The translations under genes were made by a program, and so were the position numbers. A stretch of 64,000 nucleotides of DNA from Histomonas meleagridis 2922-C6/04-290x (taxonomy: Eukaryota > Protista > Parabasalia): positions 248,001-312,000 of the forward strand of contig JAANOX010000278.1 of assembly GCA_020184695.1 (NCBI GenBank), in the 5' to 3' direction. This document shows, piece by piece, positions 42,601 to 51,642 of the stretch. The notes beneath the pieces were generated by a model. That model was not told where the DNA came from, made no database searches, and worked only from the letters and a program-made list of their open reading frames with translations. Every line of letters starts with the position of its first letter. Within the stretch, counting starts at the first letter, position 1.

Positions 42601-45600
42601 TCAAATCTTTTTAATATTTGCTAATATAATTCAATATATACCAGATTCACATGAAGAAATTATAAATACTTTTCTAAATATTGTGGATAATATGAAATTA
42701 TTTAAACGTGATCGAATATGGAAACCATTTATAATATTTTTAGGGAATATGAAAGAATGTAATCAATCGAATATATATAATGATTTAATTATTAAATTCG
42801 TATTAAATTATCAACATATTGAAATGATTGATATTATTCAAGGATTAGAATTTGATGATAAACAATTTGAAGGATTATGTTCATTAATAGCTTATCCTTT
42901 ATCAACTGAATTTCGTAATAATTTCATTCCAATAATTAGTGAATATTTGGATGAATATTCTGAATCATTTATACAATTAAATCAAAATGATTTTAATCAA
43001 AAATCATTAATATATAATTCATTAGATACTGTTGGAAAGTTTTCATATATATTTGCATTACAATCATTTGCTGATATCCAAATTAATGATTTCCAATTAC
43101 GTTCTTCAGCGATAGGATTTTTATCTAGATTAATATCAAATTCATCAATAGAATTAATTAATGATTTTATATTACCAGCAATTAAATTCCATTTAAAGAA
43201 AAAACATTCACATATACCACCGAAAGAAGTTTTGTTCATATTAAATTCAATTGTGAAAACTTTTCCAGATGTTTTACCTTCAATTACAAAAATATCAAAT
43301 CAATCATTCTTCTTAACTTTAGGTAGTGGTGATATAAATGTACGAATTGAATCTATAAAACAACTTAGTAATTTCATAGAACAATTTGATGATTGGGATA
43401 TTAATGAATTTAGTACAATTTTGTTTCCATTTTTATGTCAAATTTATATGACTCCAGAAATTGAAGTCGCATTTAAAAGTGTATGTAAATATACTAATAA
43501 AGAATCAATTAAATCATTATTAAAGAAATTATTAAAAGAAATTAAATATGGAACTACATTAACATTATTAATTGCATTATGTAATAGTAATATATTTACT
43601 CCTGAAGATTGTATTCAACCATTATTAAATGCTATTGATGATAAAAAGATTCAATCTAAAATTAAACTTCGATTAATACCTGCAATATTAAATATATCAA
43701 AGACACCAGAAATTGTACAAAATTTAATTAAATCAATTTCTAATAAAATTTATAGTAAGAAAGTAGAAAGTCGAAAAATTGCTCAAGAATCTTTAACTGC
43801 TTTAATAGAATGTATGGAACCAAATGATTTTTATGTTCTATTTCAAGCTCTTAGAAATAGATTAAAAGAAAATGGTCAAATACCATTTTTATATGTATCA
43901 TTAAATAATATGATAATTCATACTAAACATAAAGAATCATTTGATTCATTCATTGGATTATTAACAGAAACTTTATTAAAGGATATATTTGAATATGAAT
44001 CAATTTTAAGAATTAAACAAAATTTCATCGATGCTAAAAAATGTTTATCATTTGAATCATTTCAATATTTAGCATCAAATATAAACTTTCGGAATTCTGT
44101 TAATGAATTTCTTGATATAATTATAAAACAATTTAATAAATTACATTCATTAGAACAAGCTAAAGGAGCTAAAAAATTAATAATATCATTATGTAAAGGA
44201 TTTGTTGAGAATGAATCAGTTGATGCTAAAATACTTGTCGATGTAATCAATAAATTTTTAGATATTTCTGATAATCAACAAAATAAATCTGAAGAAAATA
44301 TTGAAAGTAATACATTAGATAATGTTAAATATGGAATGAAATATCATGATGATATATTCATCGAAAAACCTGAAAGAAGTGAAACAGAAAATGCAAATGA
44401 TATAGTGAAAAGACTTGGATCACATTTCTTAATATCATTATTTGGTGTACATTTATTATTAATCTTTTTCGAACAAGAATTATTTGATGTAGAAGATGAA
44501 AATCAAGTTAAATTACTTGAACAACTTTTGTTAAAACTTTGGGCATTTACACAAAAAACTAATGATACTGAAACATTAATAATATCTTTAAAGATATTAC
44601 AACATTATATTAACTTATCTTCATTCTTAACTTTGTTACCTGATATTATAACATTTTTAACTAAATCGATTTCGAAATTATCTAATGCGACTGATGCTTA
44701 TGGTCAAGAAATCTTTAATTTATTACAAACAATATTAGAAAAGTTCCCAACAATGGAATTCCCAATACAATTTACTTGTGCTCTTGTATCTTTTTGTAAT
44801 ACACAATTAGATATACATGAATCTTGTGATCGAATATTTGGCGTTTTGTTAATATTAATGGATCGAAGAAATGATATACCTGAAATTTATGATACTGCTG
44901 AAATATCATTTGATTTAATGATTAGAGCATTATCTGCAGATGTACGCAAATATTCTGCTAAATTATGTTCAAAGTTTTTATCTAAATATGAATTATCAAA
45001 ACAACAATTTCGGAATCGATTACAATTTGTTTTAGGTAATTTATCATCACCGAAAGTTAATGCACGTAAAACATTAATAACATTTTTGAAATATTTCATT
45101 AATGAAACATCTGAAGATAAATATGATGAATATATCGAATTAATATTTACACATTGTGGTGTACGAATTGCAAATGAAACAGATGAAAATGTCATCAAAA
45201 AATTAAATAAATTCATTGGATTATTATTAAATAAAATTCCAAATAATCGATTCTTATCATTATGGAATTTAATGATACGTTGGACTTCAACTACAGGGAA
45301 ACAAGTACGAACTGGATTATTATTATTAGCTACAACTGTTTCTTCATGTCCTGATGCGATGTCTAATTTAATTAATGAATTACAATCAATCATTGATATA
45401 CATATTAAAAATGATAATATTAAAGTGAAAACTGCTGCAATTAACTTACATCGGAATATTGTTATGAGTTATCCTGATAATGAAAATATAAAACTTTTAT
45501 CGATTTCAGTTATTAATGATTTAATAATTGGAAAAAGTACTGCGAAAATTGGTTGCGAATTATTGTTTTGGTATCTTTCTACTTTTAATGATTTCGAACC

Positions 45601-46210
45601 TGATGAAAATTCATTGTTAAATACTTCAAATATTTTATTGGATTCATTAATTAATTGGAATGGTACAATTAAAGAAGCTGCGGATTCATTACATTTGATT
45701 TTAATAAGAATTAACGAAGAAAATTGTGTTAACTTCTTAAGAGATAATTTTGAAAAATATTATGAAAACGAAAATGAAAATTTGGCACTTGTATTAATGA
45801 GAGTTTTCGTTGCAACTATTTTAGAAATCGATTATGAAAATAATGATGTTTCATATTATATAATAAAATATATAACATTGAAAGTAAAGAATATGAAAGA
45901 TAATGAAAAGGCGGCAGATAAAGCGATGGAATTAATGCGTAATAAATTATCGCCTGAACTATTTACTGAAGTATATAATAAGATAATGGAAGAAGAATTA
46001 GAAAGAAAACGTAAAGAAAAACTTGAACTCGAAATAGAGGCTCAATTGGATCCAGAAGAATACAGAAGAAGAATGAAAGAAAAGAAAGAAAAGCAAATCA
46101 CAGACCAAAGGAAGAAGGCATACTTCGAAAGTGGTGGATTCTTGACACCTTATGGGCCTGATGGTAAAGAAGTAGAGAAAGTTCCTTTGGCACCTGAATT
46201 TAGGGATTAA
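39620..46210 (+). CDS. UTP20: UTP20 (U3 snoRNP/SSU processome HEAT-repeat protein)
   Basis: N-terminal HTFRSFKQKINAI and SRSLPIILHNKEKLF match the UTP20 N-terminus; 2196-aa HEAT-like body; charged C-terminus. Confidence 0.85.
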   Translation: MDKTNLLRKRHTFRSFKQKINAINADITNNFELKRDSPRGGDFGTYFYDELQNSMRGYLDPEYAIFTRDLLPISRSLPIILHNKEKLFNYFIDFLKKPHEEIKGCLEDVMKLITQLSRDLRSDFYPYFPTIFKLLSEQFDALMPTASAEFVDAFFQCVCFLLNFLKKSLINDLDNVIMMFYEFFLVHKREFVRRLGAESLAYLLRQAPNKIDSHKSLVESGRIFIQDKTPEEAEVFEKSLGLVLCAEIKNFSQSLRSNATKLIDPLFYNNDDFIINAFSYAQEKLSGHVREQFAIPYLEVLSAKLPTVNSDMCCKVFNFWMEKSEFNICHISLKVLPELIGHTDSNLLCEFLCNLDKYSLEDGTSELISNSVIYLIESENVEEHIEHLKECRRIVYLTQENILKYITENFNRLLMHLKVILEWIHPTQYLISNELIQCVKDNFDVNQELMIELSNYINDKSIYEKIKNINNLTINERKVLYSLMGKYEPDLLTEQPPYLITLLKDPENINEEFLDLLYSLTIISITKSPNWLNKKDEILNELYNIFNFNIDSHEIQQLSSKILYAFIQDDNKTFDLLSPKELLIRAANAVFNCEHTLESYKIGESYISRLTSSITKLANDMDKTFNLSLGFSNQNYLRFRTLDEDLIVEIIKFDQNYAIEIIDILYNRYPWNDCSFLAETLLKSLAKVSYVNEKLVSLIYLFANDNNKDYKKLELLINSISSLTKKDEFSEKAEEAIMELLKSTNINIRKAAFNLLYQSNILKNKDIKQQLKQKIKAQLDSFLETRINTDLISNFHVFIEEELTFERKFVVSVGINMSIGIITEYLTEKRKDKKRYEQNAQIIMQAMSYLNDYEIEPLIKAFLKEKPKASEIRNFPKFAIPMITRLTNHLIPYLDQISNLLLLALKQAPKPQINKELKKSLNALSIFFDSFEAQEDYANEILKYMNSIMKYNNIFGIRLLLSISKSTPKVYENHYEIVNDLIELVKLMNADTIDQIFLIFANIIQYIPDSHEEIINTFLNIVDNMKLFKRDRIWKPFIIFLGNMKECNQSNIYNDLIIKFVLNYQHIEMIDIIQGLEFDDKQFEGLCSLIAYPLSTEFRNNFIPIISEYLDEYSESFIQLNQNDFNQKSLIYNSLDTVGKFSYIFALQSFADIQINDFQLRSSAIGFLSRLISNSSIELINDFILPAIKFHLKKKHSHIPPKEVLFILNSIVKTFPDVLPSITKISNQSFFLTLGSGDINVRIESIKQLSNFIEQFDDWDINEFSTILFPFLCQIYMTPEIEVAFKSVCKYTNKESIKSLLKKLLKEIKYGTTLTLLIALCNSNIFTPEDCIQPLLNAIDDKKIQSKIKLRLIPAILNISKTPEIVQNLIKSISNKIYSKKVESRKIAQESLTALIECMEPNDFYVLFQALRNRLKENGQIPFLYVSLNNMIIHTKHKESFDSFIGLLTETLLKDIFEYESILRIKQNFIDAKKCLSFESFQYLASNINFRNSVNEFLDIIIKQFNKLHSLEQAKGAKKLIISLCKGFVENESVDAKILVDVINKFLDISDNQQNKSEENIESNTLDNVKYGMKYHDDIFIEKPERSETENANDIVKRLGSHFLISLFGVHLLLIFFEQELFDVEDENQVKLLEQLLLKLWAFTQKTNDTETLIISLKILQHYINLSSFLTLLPDIITFLTKSISKLSNATDAYGQEIFNLLQTILEKFPTMEFPIQFTCALVSFCNTQLDIHESCDRIFGVLLILMDRRNDIPEIYDTAEISFDLMIRALSADVRKYSAKLCSKFLSKYELSKQQFRNRLQFVLGNLSSPKVNARKTLITFLKYFINETSEDKYDEYIELIFTHCGVRIANETDENVIKKLNKFIGLLLNKIPNNRFLSLWNLMIRWTSTTGKQVRTGLLLLATTVSSCPDAMSNLINELQSIIDIHIKNDNIKVKTAAINLHRNIVMSYPDNENIKLLSISVINDLIIGKSTAKIGCELLFWYLSTFNDFEPDENSLLNTSNILLDSLINWNGTIKEAADSLHLILIRINEENCVNFLRDNFEKYYENENENLALVLMRVFVATILEIDYENNDVSYYIIKYITLKVKNMKDNEKAADKAMELMRNKLSPELFTEVYNKIMEEELERKRKEKLELEIEAQLDPEEYRRRMKEKKEKQITDQRKKAYFESGGFLTPYGPDGKEVEKVPLAPEFRD

Positions 46211-46862
46211 ATATGTAATAAAATATAATAAATATAAAATTTTATAGAATTCTTGTTTGGGCATCAAAAATGATGCGGTTAAGAAAACGTTTACCATTTA
46301 ATTGAAAAAGTGTAATACTTGGCCGGGAGGTTATTAACGTTCGTTTTGATGAGCACTTTTTAACTATGCCCTCATAAATATTCGGCTGTTGTGTAATCCA
46401 TTGATTTAATTTCAAATTTTTTCAATTATTAATTCATTGTAGACTTATGAAAAGTTGGATTCTGAGTGTTCTATTGAATTTCTTCAGAAAATTTTATAGT
46501 TCTTTATTTGGTCGGGTGACCGTTAATTTGGAACCCTCAGCGTTTTCATTGTTTTTGGCCGTTAATTTATACAAAATCTTCAAAAATCTGGTTGAAAAAA
46601 AATTGATTTAATTATATAACACTGATTTTCTTCAAAAAATGATTTAGTGATTTAGTGGATATTTATTGTCCTAAAGTCAAATAAAACTAATTCTAAATGT
46701 TTGTAGAAATCTTTAAAGACAAAATATTTTCTAAAAAAACGGTTTATTGATCAATTAAAGCTCAGAAAATAGAAAATCTTTTACTCACAATCAAAATTTT
46801 TGGTATTGAAAATAATCCTTAAAACGATTTTTAAATTAAAATTATATCACATTTACAAACGG

Positions 46863-48044
46863 ATGTGCTCCTTTTTTGTAAATGATTTCGATAGTATTGG
46901 CGTGGAATATGGTGATGACGAGTGTTGGGATACTGGGACATCACCTACAGAAATAGATATTCAATGGCTTAAAGATACTATTCATGACCTTTGTAACAAA
47001 TCAAATCAACCAGAGTTATTCCCAGAAATTTGCCAAGAGCTTGTAAAAAGAAATTTTATTCCCCAAGATGACCTTTCAGAAATAGGAGATCATAGCAAAG
47101 ATAAATTTCCGATTAATTGTGGATCTTTATCACAAGTCTATGATACCTTAGAAGTGATAGGTGAAGGAGGGTATGGAAAAGTTTTAAAAATCCATAATTT
47201 GGTCGATCAACAAATATATGCATTAAAAATCATCAACCTGGAGCCTTACGAAGTGGAAACAGCTGTTCACGAGGTTCAATGCCTTGCTCATCTTAATTTT
47301 CCAAACGTTCTCAGATATTATAGCTCATGGCTTGAAGAAAGTGAAACTGTTGGACTTTTATCGCTTTGCATACAGACAGAGTTCATCGATGGGATTTCAC
47401 TTTCTTCATACTTAAGCACTCGAAAATTTGTTGATTTACCAACATCGCATAAAATTCTTGTTGATATTATCAATGCCCTTGAATCCATACACAGCGCTGG
47501 AGTAGTTCATAGGGATTTCAGGCCATCCAATATAATGATTCGAACTGATGGATCAATTGTTGTAATTGATTTCGGAATATCATCAGTTCGAAGATTGCCT
47601 TTTGAACGTCACAGTGAATCACCACCTCTTCCAGTGACAACACAAGGTAGAATTGGTTCTCTGACAGTTCGTCCATTAGAGCAATTTTCGTTAAATGTTG
47701 GTCAGAATTCTTCCTACACTATGAGGAAGGTTGGAACCCCACTATACTCATCGCCACAACAGTTGAACGGAAAGAAAAGCTGTAAGGAAGATGATATTTA
47801 CAGTTTTGGAATTGTTATGTTTGAAATACTATATGGATTCAAAACAGAAACAGAAAAGGCTAAGGTAATACAACAACTCCGAAATAAGGCCGTTCTTCCA
47901 GAGAAATTTTCGAAGGATTTCCCTGAAGAGAGTAAGATGATAATCAAGCTCACCGACCATAACCCGAAGAACAGAATGTCGGCAAAGGACGTCCTTCAGT
48001 CAAATCTTTTTTCCACTTGGAAAAATGAAGCCAAAAAATTGTAA
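46863..48044 (+). CDS. PEK/eIF2alpha-kinase-like Ser/Thr kinase
   Basis: IGEGGYGKV, YALKII, VLRYYSSWLE, LCIQTEF, HRDFRPSN, DFG, VGTPLYSSPQQ, DIYSFG; RYY.SW.E and YIQME-like motifs are typical of eIF2alpha kinases. Start at ATG 46863. Confidence 0.8.
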   Translation: MCSFFVNDFDSIGVEYGDDECWDTGTSPTEIDIQWLKDTIHDLCNKSNQPELFPEICQELVKRNFIPQDDLSEIGDHSKDKFPINCGSLSQVYDTLEVIGEGGYGKVLKIHNLVDQQIYALKIINLEPYEVETAVHEVQCLAHLNFPNVLRYYSSWLEESETVGLLSLCIQTEFIDGISLSSYLSTRKFVDLPTSHKILVDIINALESIHSAGVVHRDFRPSNIMIRTDGSIVVIDFGISSVRRLPFERHSESPPLPVTTQGRIGSLTVRPLEQFSLNVGQNSSYTMRKVGTPLYSSPQQLNGKKSCKEDDIYSFGIVMFEILYGFKTETEKAKVIQQLRNKAVLPEKFSKDFPEESKMIIKLTDHNPKNRMSAKDVLQSNLFSTWKNEAKKL

Positions 48045-48206
48045 ATCATTTCGAAATAGACTTTTTTAAATAAAAATAAAACTTTCAGTATTAGGGGTGT
48101 CCCTTATTTTCAATGTATGATGGGGTGCTCCTCTCCCACTGAAAAGCAAAAGTTGATAAACTTCTGAAATTTCAAATTAAAAAACGTTTTTAACACTTTT
48201 TTATGA

Positions 48207-48389
48207 TTTCTTATTATTATTATCAAATATTATCTCATAACTGTAAAAACCGAACAAAGTTGTTACAGTCGAAAACTGCTTTTCATGAAAAAGTTTCGAA
48301 TCATCGCAGCAGAATACGGATTATCAAAAATTGACGAAGATCTATTTGCAGTTGATTTCAAAGAAGATAATCATGTACAAAATATTTAA
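48207..48389 (+). pseudogene. Isolated BspA TM-end/cytoplasmic-tail relic (contains a 34-codon ATG ORF, 48285-48389)
   Basis: FLIIIIKYY...SKIDEDLFAVDFKEDNHVQNI* parallels ...IFLIRKY...SHVEEDPFASDFKEDNLIVNI* of the 59201 BspA with similar spacing. Not in the ORF track. Confidence 0.6.
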
Positions 48390-48790
48390 ATTAAAATACA
48401 TTAAAAAATTTATAAAATATATAAAATTCAAACATATATCAAGTTCTAATTATAGGCCAGTTGGTGGTCTGAATTTAATGGGATTTTGGGTGTTGATGTG
48501 TTGTTTCACTTGGAACTTATGGCTTTGAAAGCCTGCTAATGAATAAAAAACTCTTTGTATAAAGTAAATATCATGCATAATCTACTCCATAACCAAAGGG
48601 TTCTTTGAGTAAAATTCTTTAATGATATAAATCATGATAAAAAATAATTTAAATTAGAAATGAATATGAATTAATATTTATTATTTGTTAAATAATCAAT
48701 TAACAAATTTTTTATGGCGTTGTTAGAGCATAGATCCCAAGTGTTTATAAATAATTTCAGAAATCTTCGAAGAAAAAATAAAAATTTAAA

Positions 48791-49369
48791 TCACAAAATT
48801 TTATAACCGTAAAAGTGTCGCATTTTCATAACTTTATTGCGGTTTTTGTTATGATGTTGATTTGACCATTTTGGAAATTGTTTCGTTGAAAACAAAGATT
48901 TATTAAAAACAAGGTAGATTACCAAATGGTAAAGATTTGAACACGCCTTGGATCTGCTTTGGTTGGCTTCGAATTGACAAAGTTTTTGTTGAAACAATGA
49001 ACATTGTTCTTGACACGGTTGATGATGGTCTGTACCCTTCCAATGTTGATCACACTCTGAAACACATTGATCTGGTGAAAAATAATCATATTGATCTGAA
49101 TTTGGAATCGTTACACAACTTTTACGACATTTAAGCCATTTTTTAAAGTCTGTGGATGAATTAACGTTATGACTACATTTCGATAGACATTGGCTAACTT
49201 CTTTTTTCATTTTACGTTGACCAAATTGAATCTTTTCTTTTTCGATAAAACCGTTTGTGCATGTTCCTAGACACATCCTTTTCTTAGATGGAGAACCTGC
49301 AAATAGCGAAAGACATTTCCTCTTACAATGTTGAGAATCAAATAAGAGCGAAAAAAGGAAGAAAATCAT
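48791..49369 (-). CDS. Cys-rich putatively secreted protein (right copy, 192 aa)
   Basis: Essentially identical to the left copy through the third hairpin. A5 versus A4 in CAACAAAA(A)CT switches frame and adds two more Cys (CQFEANQSRSKAC). Confidence 0.7.
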   Translation of the reverse strand: MIFFLFSLLFDSQHCKRKCLSLFAGSPSKKRMCLGTCTNGFIEKEKIQFGQRKMKKEVSQCLSKCSHNVNSSTDFKKWLKCRKSCVTIPNSDQYDYFSPDQCVSECDQHWKGTDHHQPCQEQCSLFQQKLCQFEANQSRSKACSNLYHLVIYLVFNKSLFSTKQFPKWSNQHHNKNRNKVMKMRHFYGYKIL

Positions 49370-49555
49370 TTTTTGTTATGAGCCTCAAACCGCATTTTGC
49401 CTGTCAAATCAATAGAAAATTGAATCGATAACCGTAAATTTTCGATGTTTTAAAATAACGGTTTCATTGATTTATTTACATTGCCACTTTTCATATTACA
49501 ACAAAAAGATAAACTGAAAAATTGAAATTAAAAAAAATATTTTTATTAAAATACA

Positions 49556-50479
49556 TTATTTAATAAAATTTTCTTCATTATTTTCTTTGCTTTCCCATTT
49601 TAAAAGTTCTCCAAATCCAAATTGTTGAACAACAAAAAAATTATTCACGACTTCATCAAAATAAAGTTTAACCATTCCTTCTCGTAATGTTTCAAAATTT
49701 GGTACATATCTTAATGAATTTAACATTCGTGATGATGTTTCAAAATTCCCATATTTACAATGATGTAAATGTGAAATACTCATACAATAACAAAATTCTT
49801 CTTTATAATGTGTTGAAATAGTTTCTTCATTAATATTACTTGGCGTGATTTCTGAATTACCAATAAGTTGTGACGAACCAAATACAAATGGAAGAATAAG
49901 ATAATCATTAATGCCCCATGCTCCATGTGAACCTGCTGGTGCAACTTGAAATTTATTAATAACTTGATAAATAAGGTTCCAATATTCCCAAAAGATATTA
50001 AACACTATAAACTTTGAATCTTCTTCACTTAAAAGATAAATTTTATTTAAAATTGTAATAAATGCTAAAAAATTAAATTCATGACCTGTACCAAAATCAA
50101 CACGGTGAAGATTACCAAATGATTCTGTAAAATAATATATTACTTCTTCATTATTCGTAACCCTTGAAAATAATTCATGTGCATTTTCTTTGACTTTAAA
50201 TAACCATTGACAAAATCCTTTATTACGAAAAATGGATTTTTGTGTGATAATTTCTGTTTCATTTAAATATTGTTTTAATCGTGAAAATATTTCTAGAAGT
50301 TCTTGAATAATAATATTCCTCGATTTTTCTTTTGGTTTTCGAGACTTACTTTGAACAGAATTTAAAAGTTGATAAAAAGTTCTTTTAATATCATAATAAG
50401 CAGGTGTTTCTTTCCATATGTTAATATCTTCTTTATTTTTAATTTTTCGACAAGGTATTTGTGTTTGTTGTTTATTCAT
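49556..50479 (-). CDS. PTPA: PTPA/Rrd phosphotyrosyl phosphatase activator, intact copy
   Basis: ESFGNLHRVDFGTGHEFNF, PAGSHGAWGINDYLILPFVFGSSQL and VVQQFGFG are PTPA signatures. Confidence 0.92.
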   Translation of the reverse strand: MNKQQTQIPCRKIKNKEDINIWKETPAYYDIKRTFYQLLNSVQSKSRKPKEKSRNIIIQELLEIFSRLKQYLNETEIITQKSIFRNKGFCQWLFKVKENAHELFSRVTNNEEVIYYFTESFGNLHRVDFGTGHEFNFLAFITILNKIYLLSEEDSKFIVFNIFWEYWNLIYQVINKFQVAPAGSHGAWGINDYLILPFVFGSSQLIGNSEITPSNINEETISTHYKEEFCYCMSISHLHHCKYGNFETSSRMLNSLRYVPNFETLREGMVKLYFDEVVNNFFVVQQFGFGELLKWESKENNEENFIK

Positions 50480-50544
50480 GAAAAATAATAAAAACCGTTA
50501 AACAGAAGTAAACCATAACGATAGGAATTGTTTCTTATTTAAAA

Positions 50545-50970
50545 ATGTTAATTTCATCAACAAAAAATATTTCACGTCATTGGATTTCAACTAAAGATAT
50601 CAATTTAAGAGAATTATTAAAATTAGAGTCAGAATTTCAAAGTAATAAAGAAGTTACTTTTAATCTTTCTACAAATCGAACACAAAAAGCAGGAGATGAT
50701 ATTTTATCAACACCAGGAATGATTAGTCAAATGAATGATGAAACATGTAAATATGTAAATTCATTTCTTCCAAAGGATTATTCAACAGTTACTTCTAAAG
50801 TTGTTTGTCAACATAAAGCACCTTTATCACTTGGTAAACATTTTTTAATTCAAGGTAAAGTAAAAGATATTCAAGGACAGAAAGCAATTTTTCATGTTCT
50901 TTGTCTTTCAGAAGAATCAAAAATAATTGGAGATGCAGAAATTTCTATTCAAGTTATTAAACATAAATAA
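50545..50970 (+). CDS. FlK-like thioesterase, second copy (identical protein)
   Basis: Same 141-aa translation as 32240-32665. Confidence 0.75.
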   Translation: MLISSTKNISRHWISTKDINLRELLKLESEFQSNKEVTFNLSTNRTQKAGDDILSTPGMISQMNDETCKYVNSFLPKDYSTVTSKVVCQHKAPLSLGKHFLIQGKVKDIQGQKAIFHVLCLSEESKIIGDAEISIQVIKHK

Positions 50971-51054
50971 AATATAATAAAATAAAAATAAATCTATGTT
51001 TTAATTTATTTATCAAAAAATAATAATAATAATAGTGATTTTTGATTTCAATTT

Positions 51055-51519
51055 TTATACGTTTGAACTTTGAATATCTTGTGACATCATACTTGATGAA
51101 AGTTCTTCTTCATATTCTTCTGCTTCATGATTCCTGTTTTTACGTTTTAAAAAAATTCGATATATGTTGTCGAAAGTGTTCGAACTTCTTTAATAGGTAT
51201 ATCAGTGAGTGTTGAAATTAATTCTAAAATCACGAAGTCCAACTCTTCGAATCGTTTGAATAAACTTTGATAACTTTAACTTTTCTTCTGTCGCTTCTGT
51301 AGATGATGTAATTATTTCTTTGACTGCTTGTGGTCCAACTGATGGATGAGGTCTATTATCTGCAATAGATGCAAGTTGGACAAGATTTAATTGAAGTCGT
51401 GTTTGATAAAGAATTGAGTCCATAATTCTTCCTTCATTTTGACATTTCATTATAACTGCAAGAAGTTTAGAATTTTCGTCAAGGATTTGTTGAATACTTT
51501 CATTTGATATTTCTTCCAT
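51055..51519 (-). pseudogene. SSXT-domain protein, frameshifted copy
   Basis: A +1 base near 51226 gives an early stop at 51202; a +2 homopolymer change near 51150 would restore the frame downstream. Confidence 0.75.
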
Positions 51520-51642
51520 TTGTTTTTTTTTTCTTTTTTTTTTTTGCACAAATACGATAGGAATGTTTTGAATCCGTTTTGATCGTGAATGTCTCAAATT
51601 TTTGTAGTTTATAAATCGAAAAGTAAATATTTACTAAAATCC

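Larger units (their letters stand above)
48440..51587. repeat. Inverted segmental duplication, right arm (3148 bp)
   Basis: Reverse complement of 31623-34777 with scattered SNPs and homopolymer indels. Confidence 0.95.

Noticed and set aside
46261-46480. U3 snoRNA next to UTP20
   Set aside because: Only isolated TACTT and GATGAG words; box A, B, C and D order and spacing do not fit.
31623-51587. Inverted arms as terminal inverted repeats of a Maverick/Polinton or other giant transposon
   Set aside because: The arms consist of host genes, the core has no integrase, PolB, packaging ATPase, capsid or transposase, and no target-site duplication flanks the unit.
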